The position numbers were made by a program, and so were the translations under genes. The notes under the pieces were generated by a model. That model was not told where the DNA came from and did not search any database. It saw only the letters and a program-made list of their open reading frames with translations. A stretch of 63,399 nucleotides of DNA, filler included, from Spirochaetales bacterium (GTDB lineage Bacteria; Spirochaetota; Spirochaetia; Treponematales; UBA12059): NCBI GenBank assembly GCA_016928955.1. It is 5 parts of 5 records of this genome, joined end to end, with 100 filler letters (N's around TTAATTAATTAA, not from the genome) between each part and the next. Parts side by side here need not be neighbours in the genome. Positions count along the whole stretch, not along the records: positions 1 to 17,622 come from JAFGJV010000007.1; 4 more parts are not named here. One strand, written 5' to 3'. Positions 1 to 7,755 of the stretch are shown piece after piece. How positions within the stretch are numbered: the first letter of the stretch is position 1; each line of letters begins with the position of its first letter.

Positions 1-1
1 C

Positions 2-83
2 GCCCAGATGGTGGAATTGGCAGACACGCTAGTTTCAGGTACTAGTGCCGAGAGGCATGGGGGTTCAAGTCCCCCTCTGGGCA
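2..83 (+). tRNA. tRNA-Leu(CAG)
   Basis: Cloverleaf: acceptor GCCCAGA/TCTGGGC+A, D-arm GGTGGAATTGGCAGACAC, anticodon stem CTAGT/ACTAG with loop TTCAGGT, long variable arm, T-loop GGTTCAAGTCC; no encoded CCA. Confidence 0.95.
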
Positions 84-590
84 GAAAAAGCGTTCCGCGC
101 GAAAGCGCAGGAACGCTTTTTTATTGGCCCAGAGGGGGACTTGAACCGAGGATGCGTCGCGAGCTAGCGAGCGCGAGGCGCAGGAAGCGCCGAGAGCATC
201 CGAGGCGGGCTGAAGCGGCGAGGCAGGACGGCGAGCCGCGTAAGCCAAGTCCCCCTCTGGGCAGAAAAAGCGTTCCGCGCGAAAGCGCAGGAACGCTTTT
301 TTATTGGCCCAGAGGGGGACTTGAAGGGTTCGAGCGCGCGCGACAGCGCGAACAGGCGCCATGGATGGCGCCGGCAGCGAGAACCCCGGCCCGAAGGACC
401 GAAGTAGGATGGTGAGGTCATGAGGGCAAGTCCCCCTCTGGGCATACGCCGCGAGACTCGCAGCGGCGTAGGGGAGGCGGGTCCGCAAGGAGCCGCCGGG
501 GGTATCCCCCGTGGGCCAAGGCGTTCCGCGCGAAAGCGCAGGAACGCTTTTTTATTGGCCCAGAGGGGGACTTGAAGGGTTCGAGCGCGC
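62..590 (+). repeat. tRNA-Leu 3'-end-derived repeat array (direct and inverted copies of the tRNA 3' end, terminator copies, structured spacers)
   Basis: 66-145 is identical to 246-325; CAAGTCCCCCTCTGGGCA recurs at 427-444; 127-147 is the exact reverse complement of 62-82, with further inverted copies at 307-325 and 558-576. Confidence 0.9.
85..122 (+). terminator. Intrinsic (bidirectional-type) terminator after tRNA-Leu; repeated at 265-302 and 521-553
   Basis: AAAAAGCGTTCC-GCGC-GAAA-GCGC-A-GGAACGCTTTTTT hairpin with A- and T-tracts. Confidence 0.8.
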
Positions 591-615
591 TCCCCCTGTG
601 TTACACTCCAAAGGC

Positions 616-1389
616 ATGGACGCGTACCGCCTGAGCGACATAGAGGCAAAATCCGGCCTTGGCAGCGGGGACCTGCCCGATCCCTTCATGGTGTCGCTGT
701 ACCGCGCCCTGGCGCCGTACCGGGGCTGCGGCCATGGCTGCGCGTACTGCGACGGCCGCGCGGAAAAATATTACGTGGACGGGGAGTTCGAGCGGGACCT
801 GGCCGTGCGCCGGAATGTGGCGGACCGGATACGGCTGGACGTGGAGGGCGGCAAGGCGACGCTCGACTACGACGTGCTCTCCCGTTTTCCCAGTGCCCTC
901 ATCATGGTAACGCTGACGACCACGGACGACGGGCTGGCCGCCTGGCTGGAGCCCGGAGCCAGCCCGCCATCGGAGCGCCTGGCCGTGGTGCGCTCGGCGC
1001 GGAAGGCCGGGTTCATGTCCGGCGTCATGGCCATGCCCCTGTGCCCGGGGCTATGCGACGATGATGGGCACACCGACGCGCTCGCGACGGCGGCACAAGA
1101 CGCGGGGGCGCAGTTTGTGTGTCCCGGGCATCTGACCTTGAGGCCCGGCCGCCAGAAGGATTTTTTCATGCGCCGGTTGGCCGAGCGTCGCCCGGATATG
1201 GTTCCTCACTACCGCGACCTGTACCGCGAGAACAGGCAGTCGGGCTCGCCCCTGGCCTCGTACCTCCGCTCGGCGCTGAACTGGGACGGCTTCTGGAGCG
1301 GGATATCGAGTCTGTTCTCCAAAACGACAAGCTGGCCACGCTGTGCCGTTCCCTGTACTGCGGCGATATGGAGTTTTAGCCAATTTTGA
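616..1389 (+). pseudogene. SplB/Rv2578c-like radical SAM protein, apparently internally deleted or frameshifted
   Basis: PYRGCGHGCAYC (CxxxCxxC) motif; family-like 'VTLTT...LEPGASPPSERL' segment; the usual DxYQPxE region seems absent; a plausible C-terminus lies in another frame (ORF 1119-1379). Confidence 0.5.
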
Positions 1390-1393
1390 AAAA

Positions 1394-1427
1394 GGAGCCT
1401 CTAAAAACTGCAGTTTTTAGAGGCTCC
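1394..1427. repeat. Perfect 34-bp AT-rich palindrome (REP/MITE-like family A)
   Basis: GGAGCCTCTAAAAACTG|CAGTTTTTAGAGGCTCC; copies at 17956-17987 and 63212-63246. Confidence 0.9.
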
Positions 1428-1450
1428 CTTCAACCGTCAAGGGGGCCAAG

Positions 1451-2476
1451 GTGCCGGTATTCTCTCCCGCCCTGTTCCAGGGCTCACATAAGCGCCGTCG
1501 GTATTTTGAGGGCTGGTATTTCAAGCATGTCAGCGCGGACGGCAAGGCATGGTCGTTCATACCGGGTATATCGATGGATGCCACAGGTTTGCGTCGCGGA
1601 GCCTTCGTGCAGGCCATTGACGGGACAACGGGCGAGACGCTCTGGTATGACTACCCGTTCGAGGCGTTCAGCTGGGACAAGAAGACGCTTGACGTACGCG
1701 TGGGCGCCAGCCGCTTTTCTATGGACGGCGTACAGCTGGATCTGGACGGACCGCAGGGAGCGCTGCGCGCATCGCTGGCCTACGGCTCTCCCGCCCGGTT
1801 CCCTGCTCGACCCTGGCGGCCGGGCATTATGGGACCATACAGTTTTGTCCCGTTCATGGAATGCAACCATGGCCTTCTCTCTCTCGACCACCGCGTCGAC
1901 GGCTGGGTTGAACGGGCAGGCCGCCGTTGGTCCTTTGACGGCGGGCGCGGGTATATCGAGAAAGATTGGGGATCGTCCATGCCGGCGGCCTGGATATGGA
2001 GCCAGTCCAACTCGTTCGAGAAGCCCGGCACGTCCCTCATGTTTTCCGTGGCCAGCATCCCCTGGCTGGCCGGCGCATTTACTGGATTTCTGTGCGCGGC
2101 CCGCTTTCCGGAGAAGGGCAAGGACGCGGCGGAGTCCGGGATGCACGTGTGGGCCACATGGAACGGGTCCCGCCTAACAAACGTGGTCGTTTGCGACACA
2201 GCCGTGGAGCTCTGTATAGGGCGGAGGGACGAGCGGGTCGAGCTCGCCCTGACGCGCGGGCGCGGCGGTCTCCTGAGGGCTCCCGTGGCGGGGACCATGG
2301 AACGGCGCATAGCCGAGTCCGTGGACGCCAGCATGCGCGTGCGCTACCTGCGTAACGGCACCACGGTATTTGACGGCCAAGCGGCGCCCGCCGGCCTGGA
2401 AACGGTTGGGGATCTCGGCTCGCTTGGAGCGACGGTCCAGGGTACGCCCGAGGCCGGGGAGGCGCCCCGTGCATGA
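1451..2476 (+). CDS. Tocopherol cyclase family protein
   Basis: YFEGWYFK, GIMGPYSFVPFMECNHG and GYIEKDWG motifs. Confidence 0.8.
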   Translation: MPVFSPALFQGSHKRRRYFEGWYFKHVSADGKAWSFIPGISMDATGLRRGAFVQAIDGTTGETLWYDYPFEAFSWDKKTLDVRVGASRFSMDGVQLDLDGPQGALRASLAYGSPARFPARPWRPGIMGPYSFVPFMECNHGLLSLDHRVDGWVERAGRRWSFDGGRGYIEKDWGSSMPAAWIWSQSNSFEKPGTSLMFSVASIPWLAGAFTGFLCAARFPEKGKDAAESGMHVWATWNGSRLTNVVVCDTAVELCIGRRDERVELALTRGRGGLLRAPVAGTMERRIAESVDASMRVRYLRNGTTVFDGQAAPAGLETVGDLGSLGATVQGTPEAGEAPRA

Positions 2477-3533
2477 AACGGAAGGGAACGTTGCCCGAAA
2501 CACGCCCGTCTGGCTGCCCGCCCTGGCGGACGCGGCGCCCGAGTACCGCCGCCTGCTCGACCTGGGTTACCCGCGGGACGCAACGCTCAAGCTGGTCGGC
2601 GACAGGCATCGCCTCGGCGCGCGCGAGCGCATGATCCTGTACCGCGGCGTGCTGGATGCCGGACAATCCGGGCGCATCGCGTCGGCCCTGGTAAGAAGCG
2701 CGCGGCCCGGCGCTCCCTGGGCGGTGGACGGCTACAACGTGCTCTTCACCATCATCAACTACCGGGGCGGCCACCCCACGTTCCTGGGCACCGACGGGCT
2801 CCTGCGCGACGCGGGGGGCAAGCACGGAAGGTTCGGGGGCGACGACGAGTTTGGCCAGGCGTCCGAGCTCATGGCCGAGACGCTGGCAGGGCTCGGGCCC
2901 GGTGCCGTGACCGTGTATCTGGACACGCCCGTGTCCGGCTCGGGGAGGCACGCGGAAAAGCTGACGGACATGCTCAGACGGGCGGGCATCGACGCCGAGG
3001 CCAGGACTGTCCGCTCTGCCGATCCGCCCGTGCGCGACTTTGAAGGAGGCCACGCGGCCAGCTCCGATTCGGCGGTGGCGCTGGGCGCCCGCTCAACTGT
3101 CTTTGACCTGGCCAGGTGCGCACTCGAGCGGCGCTACGGCGCCGTGTTTCCCGACCTGGGCTCCCTGGTGGAAGGTTGTGCGGACGGGCCGGCAGGGGCA
3201 TACGCCCTGGTCACCTTCGTTCCGGCGGGACACGCAGAAGCCGTGCTTGAAGCCTTGTTCGCCGCGGGAGCGGGGGCGCTGGGCAACTACGAACGCTGCG
3301 CCTGGACCAGCCTTGGGCAGGGGCGGTTCCGTCCTCTGCCAGGTTCGAGGCCGCGCTTGGGCGCGGAAGGCCGGGACGAACGCGTGGACGAACAGAGGCT
3401 CGAGCTTCTGGTCACGGAGTCATTCGTGGAGCCGGCCCTGGCGGCGCTCAGGTCTTCTCACCCCTACGAGGAACCGGCCGTTTACCTGTACCGCCTGGAC
3501 GCCCGCTGTCTGCGTCCGGGGGCGTTGGCGTAG
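2469..3533 (+). CDS. DUF434/DUF5616-type (PIN-like) protein fused to a C-terminal NIF3/YqfO PII-like domain
   Basis: LLDLGYPRDATLKLVGDRHRL and VDGYNVL motifs, then LVTFVP...AGAGALGNY...HPYEEPA; GTG start overlaps the upstream stop. Confidence 0.7.
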   Translation: MHETEGNVARNTPVWLPALADAAPEYRRLLDLGYPRDATLKLVGDRHRLGARERMILYRGVLDAGQSGRIASALVRSARPGAPWAVDGYNVLFTIINYRGGHPTFLGTDGLLRDAGGKHGRFGGDDEFGQASELMAETLAGLGPGAVTVYLDTPVSGSGRHAEKLTDMLRRAGIDAEARTVRSADPPVRDFEGGHAASSDSAVALGARSTVFDLARCALERRYGAVFPDLGSLVEGCADGPAGAYALVTFVPAGHAEAVLEALFAAGAGALGNYERCAWTSLGQGRFRPLPGSRPRLGAEGRDERVDEQRLELLVTESFVEPALAALRSSHPYEEPAVYLYRLDARCLRPGALA

Positions 3534-3535
3534 GC

Positions 3536-3913
3536 TCAGCGCCTGCGGCCTCGGGATCTAGGGCCGGCGGGGTCGGAAGAACGGGCGGCTGGTTGGAAGC
3601 TGTCCTCAACCTGAACCAGAAAAGTGCCGTCCGGAAGCGGGTACACGGCCGCCGCTTTGTACAGAACTCCCCTCCCGGTGCTTATGAGCGACGCTTGAAC
3701 ATATTGCGCCTCGCCCGTGGCCGCGGCCGCCGCGAGCGCGGCGGGCAGTTGGAGGAGGGCGGCCGCCGGCAGCGCCGACTGCACGGGCGCGCCCGTGGGG
3801 GGCGTGCCCGACGGAACCTCGGCCAAGGCCGGGCCGTTCATCCACAGGACCGTGGCGCCGCTTTCGTCAACAATGGCCACGCTGGTCCTCAGTCCCGGCG
3901 CCGCGTCGCTCAC
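3536..3913 (-). CDS. Small PAS-like domain protein
   Basis: 3' part of ORF 3536-4486; GTG start overlaps the GGDEF stop (GTGA); VAIVDESGATVLWMN is PAS-like. Confidence 0.55.
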   Translation of the reverse strand: MSDAAPGLRTSVAIVDESGATVLWMNGPALAEVPSGTPPTGAPVQSALPAAALLQLPAALAAAAATGEAQYVQASLISTGRGVLYKAAAVYPLPDGTFLVQVEDSFQPAARSSDPAGPRSRGRRR

Positions 3914-5292
3914 CGCTGAAGCTCCACACGGTCGCGGCCGCCCTGCTTGGCCCGGTACAGGGCCACGTCGGCCTGGCGCATGAAGCGTTCCAGCTCGGCC
4001 TGGGGCCGCGAGCTGTCTACCTTGTCCGCAAAGACGCCGGCGCTGACCGTTATGCCGATGGATGGATAATCGGGGAGGCCCAGGTCCCTGGTGGCGGACA
4101 GTATCCGCCGGGCCGCTTCCATGGCGGCCTGCGCGCTGGCTCCCGGCATGATGATGGCGAATTCCTCGCCGCCGTAGCGGCACACAAGATCGTCTTCCCT
4201 GGTCATTGAAGCGCAGCAGGCGCCGAACGCGCGGAGCACCTCGTCGCCCGCCGTGTGTCCCCACGTGTCGTTGACGGACTTGAAGTGGTCCAGGTCCAGC
4301 ATGATGAAGCCGGCGCGGCCCTTGTGGCTGACCAGGCAGGACGGGCCCAGGTCCTCGAACTGGCGGCGGTTGCCCAGGCCGGACAGCCAGTCGGTGCGCG
4401 CGTTGCGCTCGCTGTCGTCGTAACGCAGGGCATTGGCCAGGGCTATGGCCGCCGAGTCGGCAAACACGATGGATTTGCGCACGCACTCGGCTCCAAAGGC
4501 GTCCGGGGCGTCAGACAGGAATTCCAGCGCGCCTATGACCCTGTTCATCAATACAAGGGGCACGCACAGGCGGGAACGAGTTCCTGATTCCCCAGACGAC
4601 CTATCCAGCACCGGCCTCCGTTCCAGGGCCGCCTTTGCCGCCACGTCGCCTGAAGGCGTGTCGACGCCCGCTCCCCTGGCCGCTATCAGCAGGGGTTTGC
4701 CGTCTTCCAGCTGCCAAACCACGGCCGCGTCGAACTGGACCAGGGACCGCGCCTGGGCCAGTACCAGGTCCAGGGCCTCGGATCTGTCCAGCGTGCTGGA
4801 CGCCACGGCCCCGGCGGTGCGGAGAAGCTCCGCGTCGGCCAGGCGGCTCTCAGCCAAGGCGCGGGCGCCACGCTCGCTTTCCAGGGCGGCTCGGGCCTCC
4901 GTGATTTCCTCGTCCACGCCGACCGTGAGGCTGGGCACCCCCGCGTCGTCTCGCTCAAGCACAAAGGTGCGGTGCCGGACGGTACACCACTCGCCGGATG
5001 TGCTCTTGATCCGGAACTCCCCGGCCCACGCGTCGGCCTCGCCGCGGTACACGCCGTCCCAGCTGGCCAGGACCCGTTCCCTGTCGTCCGGGTGGAGCAG
5101 GTCCCGCCACAGCTCCGCGCCGAGCTGTTCCTGGCTGTAGCCAAGGTCGGCCCACAGGGTATTGGGAACGCAGGCGCCGGACGCGTAATCCTTGAGGAAG
5201 ACGCCCAGGCCCTTGAGTATGGATGGCAACTTGCCGGATCTATAGAGTCGCTCAAAGAGCTCGTTGCTGCCGGATTCCTTGTTCGTTCCCAT
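3910..5292 (-). CDS. Diguanylate cyclase (PAS-GAF-GGDEF)
   Basis: LHPDDR PAS_3 motif, GAF region, DLDHFKSVNDTWGH and RYGGEEF. Confidence 0.9.
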   Translation of the reverse strand: MGTNKESGSNELFERLYRSGKLPSILKGLGVFLKDYASGACVPNTLWADLGYSQEQLGAELWRDLLHPDDRERVLASWDGVYRGEADAWAGEFRIKSTSGEWCTVRHRTFVLERDDAGVPSLTVGVDEEITEARAALESERGARALAESRLADAELLRTAGAVASSTLDRSEALDLVLAQARSLVQFDAAVVWQLEDGKPLLIAARGAGVDTPSGDVAAKAALERRPVLDRSSGESGTRSRLCVPLVLMNRVIGALEFLSDAPDAFGAECVRKSIVFADSAAIALANALRYDDSERNARTDWLSGLGNRRQFEDLGPSCLVSHKGRAGFIMLDLDHFKSVNDTWGHTAGDEVLRAFGACCASMTREDDLVCRYGGEEFAIIMPGASAQAAMEAARRILSATRDLGLPDYPSIGITVSAGVFADKVDSSRPQAELERFMRQADVALYRAKQGGRDRVELQR

Positions 5293-5432
5293 GTTCCTGG
5301 CGGTGTCCGTCCTGTGTCCGGTGTCTGGCGCGCGGTGTTCAGCTCCGCTCCAAGCGCACTGCTATCATCATAGGATGGGGCGACGCCCGAGTAAAGCCTT
5401 GTGCGCCGAAGCTTTGATGTCCGGTCCGGCCG

Positions 5433-6191
5433 TCAGGACAGGGTTTGCCATAGCAGTTTGGCCGTCAGGGCCAGGGCGATGACGATGAAGATCGGCTTGA
5501 TGACCCTGGCGCCGTTCTTGATGGCCACATGGGTGCCCACCCAGGCGCCTGCTATCATGGCCAGGGCCATGGGCACGGCGGCGGCATACACCACCTTGCC
5601 CCCGATGGCAAACAGCGACAGGGACACGGCGTTGCTGGCAAAGTTGAGGATTTTGCCGTTTGCAGCCGCGCCCACAAAGTCGTAGCCGTAGATGGCTATG
5701 AAAAGGAATATCAGGAAGCTCCCCGTGCCGGGGCCAAAGAAGCCGTCGTAGAAGCCAAGGGCAAACGCAAAGGCCATACCGGCTGCGTGCCCGCTGCGGC
5801 TGTGCCCCTTGAAGCGGTCGATCGCGCCAAAATCCTTCTTGAGCGTGGTGTACAGGGCCACGGCGAACACCATGACCACGATCATGACGTTGAGGACGCG
5901 CTCGTCCAGAGCCAGCACGGTCCGCACGCCGAGGGCGGCTCCCAGGGCGGTGCAGGGCAGCTGCCACAGCACCAGCCTGAAGTCGATGCGCTTGGACAGG
6001 GCGAATTGTATGGTGCTGGTGAGCGACGCCGACGTGCTGGCGAATTTGTTGGTGCCCAGGGCCAAATGGGGCGGCACGCCGGCTGCTATGATGGCCGGGA
6101 GGCTTATGAGGCCCCCGCCTCCGGCTATGGAGTCCACGGCGGCCGCCAAGAAACCGGCCACGCACAGGAAGATCAGGGTTCCAGCGCTCAT
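5433..6191 (-). CDS. TSUP (TauE/SafE) family transporter
   Basis: VDSIAGGGGLI, GTNK and GFYDGFFGPGTGSF motifs; hydrophobic. Confidence 0.9.
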   Translation of the reverse strand: MSAGTLIFLCVAGFLAAAVDSIAGGGGLISLPAIIAAGVPPHLALGTNKFASTSASLTSTIQFALSKRIDFRLVLWQLPCTALGAALGVRTVLALDERVLNVMIVVMVFAVALYTTLKKDFGAIDRFKGHSRSGHAAGMAFAFALGFYDGFFGPGTGSFLIFLFIAIYGYDFVGAAANGKILNFASNAVSLSLFAIGGKVVYAAAVPMALAMIAGAWVGTHVAIKNGARVIKPIFIVIALALTAKLLWQTLS

Positions 6192-6215
6192 GGTGTCGTG
6201 TGTCCTTGGCTGAAG

Positions 6216-6752
6216 CTATTGCCCCAGGAGGTCGGAGAGCAGGGCGTCCACGTCGTCCTGGTCCAGGTCGGCCTTGCGCTCGTAGGCAAGCTCCTGGTTG
6301 GCCGCCCTGAGCTTGCGGAGCAGGCCGTACACCACCACCAGGAGGAGCTTGTTGCCGCCCGAGGGCTGGCTTTTGAAGAAGGCCGACAGGTCCGAGCGGT
6401 GGATTCTAAGGAGTACGGTATCGTCCGTGGCGCTGACGGTGGCCGTGCGCTTGACGCTCATGAAAAGGCCCGCCTCGCCGAACGCGTCGCCCGGCCCCAG
6501 CGAGCACATGTACACGTCCTTGCCCTCGTCGGACTTGGACGAGTCGCGAACGGTCACGCTGACCGTGCCTGACAGGATGCCGTACAGGTAGGCGTCCAGC
6601 TCGCCCTCGCGGACCACCGCTTCGCCCGGGGAGTAGCGCAGTATGGACGCGGCCTTGAGCAGGCTGTCGAGTTCCGATGGGGACAGGTATTTGAACGCCA
6701 TGATGCCAGCGGCGCGCTGGCGCCACTGGGCTTTGTCGCTGATGCTTTCCAT
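6216..6752 (-). CDS. Stand-alone cyclic nucleotide-binding domain protein
   Basis: ILSGTVSV...GDAFGE...RTATV cNMP signature; no HTH. Confidence 0.85.
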   Translation of the reverse strand: MESISDKAQWRQRAAGIMAFKYLSPSELDSLLKAASILRYSPGEAVVREGELDAYLYGILSGTVSVTVRDSSKSDEGKDVYMCSLGPGDAFGEAGLFMSVKRTATVSATDDTVLLRIHRSDLSAFFKSQPSGGNKLLLVVVYGLLRKLRAANQELAYERKADLDQDDVDALLSDLLGQ

Positions 6753-6880
6753 GGCTACAGCATACGGCGGCCGGGGCGGCCTGGCAACAGCATCGTTTCC
6801 GGACGGGCTGGAAACGGCAAGGGCCGCCCCGGGACGTCACGCGGACGTCCCGGGGCGGCCCCTGGATCGGAACCCGGGCC

Positions 6881-7576
6881 TTATTCCAGGACCACGGGCG
6901 GTTCGATGGACAACAGCTCCACCTCGAAGATCAGGGTGGAGTTGGGCGGTATGACGCCGCCCGCGCCCGACGCACCGTAGGCAAGGGCGGAGGGTATGTA
7001 GAACTTGAATTTGGAGCCAACGGGCATCAGCTGTATGCCCTCGGTCCAGCCGGCTATGACCTGGTCCAGCGGGAACACGGCGGGCTCGCCGTGCTGGGCG
7101 GAGCTGTCGAACACCGAGCCGTCCAGGAAGGTGCCGGTGTACTCCACCTTGACCGTGTCCGTGGCGGCCGGGCGCTCGCCGGAGCCCTCGCTGATGACCT
7201 CGTACTGGAGGCCGGAATCCGTGGTGCGCACGCCGGTTTTCTTGGCGTTGTCAGCCAGGAACTCGGTTTCCTTGGCCAGGTTTTCCTCCCCGGCCTTGGC
7301 CATGGCGGCCATGATGGCCGACTGAATGGCCTGGTTGGCCTCGTCCAGGGTCAGCTTGGCCTCGTCCTTCTCCATGCTGTCCTTGACACCCTGGATGAAG
7401 GCGGCGTAGTCCAGCTCGACCGAGGTTTCCTTGATGCTGCCGCCGATGGCCACGCCAAAGGCGTAGCTGGCGTCGGCCTTGGTGGGCTCAGTGGTGGCTT
7501 TCTCGCTGGGTCCCTTGTACGAGCAGGAAGCCAGCAGGGCTGCGGCCGCGAGGGCCGCGACGATGATCTTCTTCAT
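6881..7576 (-). CDS. FKBP-type peptidyl-prolyl isomerase (FkpA/Mip-like) lipoprotein
   Basis: Lipobox LLASC, SYAFG N-domain, SGLQYEVI, VFDSS, VIAGWTEG, IPSALAYG. Confidence 0.92.
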   Translation of the reverse strand: MKKIIVAALAAAALLASCSYKGPSEKATTEPTKADASYAFGVAIGGSIKETSVELDYAAFIQGVKDSMEKDEAKLTLDEANQAIQSAIMAAMAKAGEENLAKETEFLADNAKKTGVRTTDSGLQYEVISEGSGERPAATDTVKVEYTGTFLDGSVFDSSAQHGEPAVFPLDQVIAGWTEGIQLMPVGSKFKFYIPSALAYGASGAGGVIPPNSTLIFEVELLSIEPPVVLE

Positions 7577-7755
7577 AATCCGTCCGGTGGTTTGGCGATC
7601 GCGGCGGGATCGAGGCGGGACGGGCGTCCCGTGACGACAAAGCCGGAGCCCCTCCATGGGGGCTCCGCACAGAATAGCCAAACGGCCGTATTAGGGCAAG
7701 CTGTGCCCGGGGACACGGCGCCCGAGTTTACCGAATCTGTACGGAAGCCCCTGAT

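Noticed and set aside
246..444. attR sites of a prophage or integrative element at tRNA-Leu
   Set aside because: The direct tRNA-end copies are only 180 nt apart, are accompanied by inverted copies, and there is no integrase or cargo.
62..590. CRISPR array
   Set aside because: Repeats are ~80 nt and tRNA-derived, spacers are ~100 nt and structurally related to each other, and no cas genes are present.
8..649. ORFs 8-415, 42-488, 164-649 and the 511-615 extension
   Set aside because: They are translations of the tRNA and its repeats.
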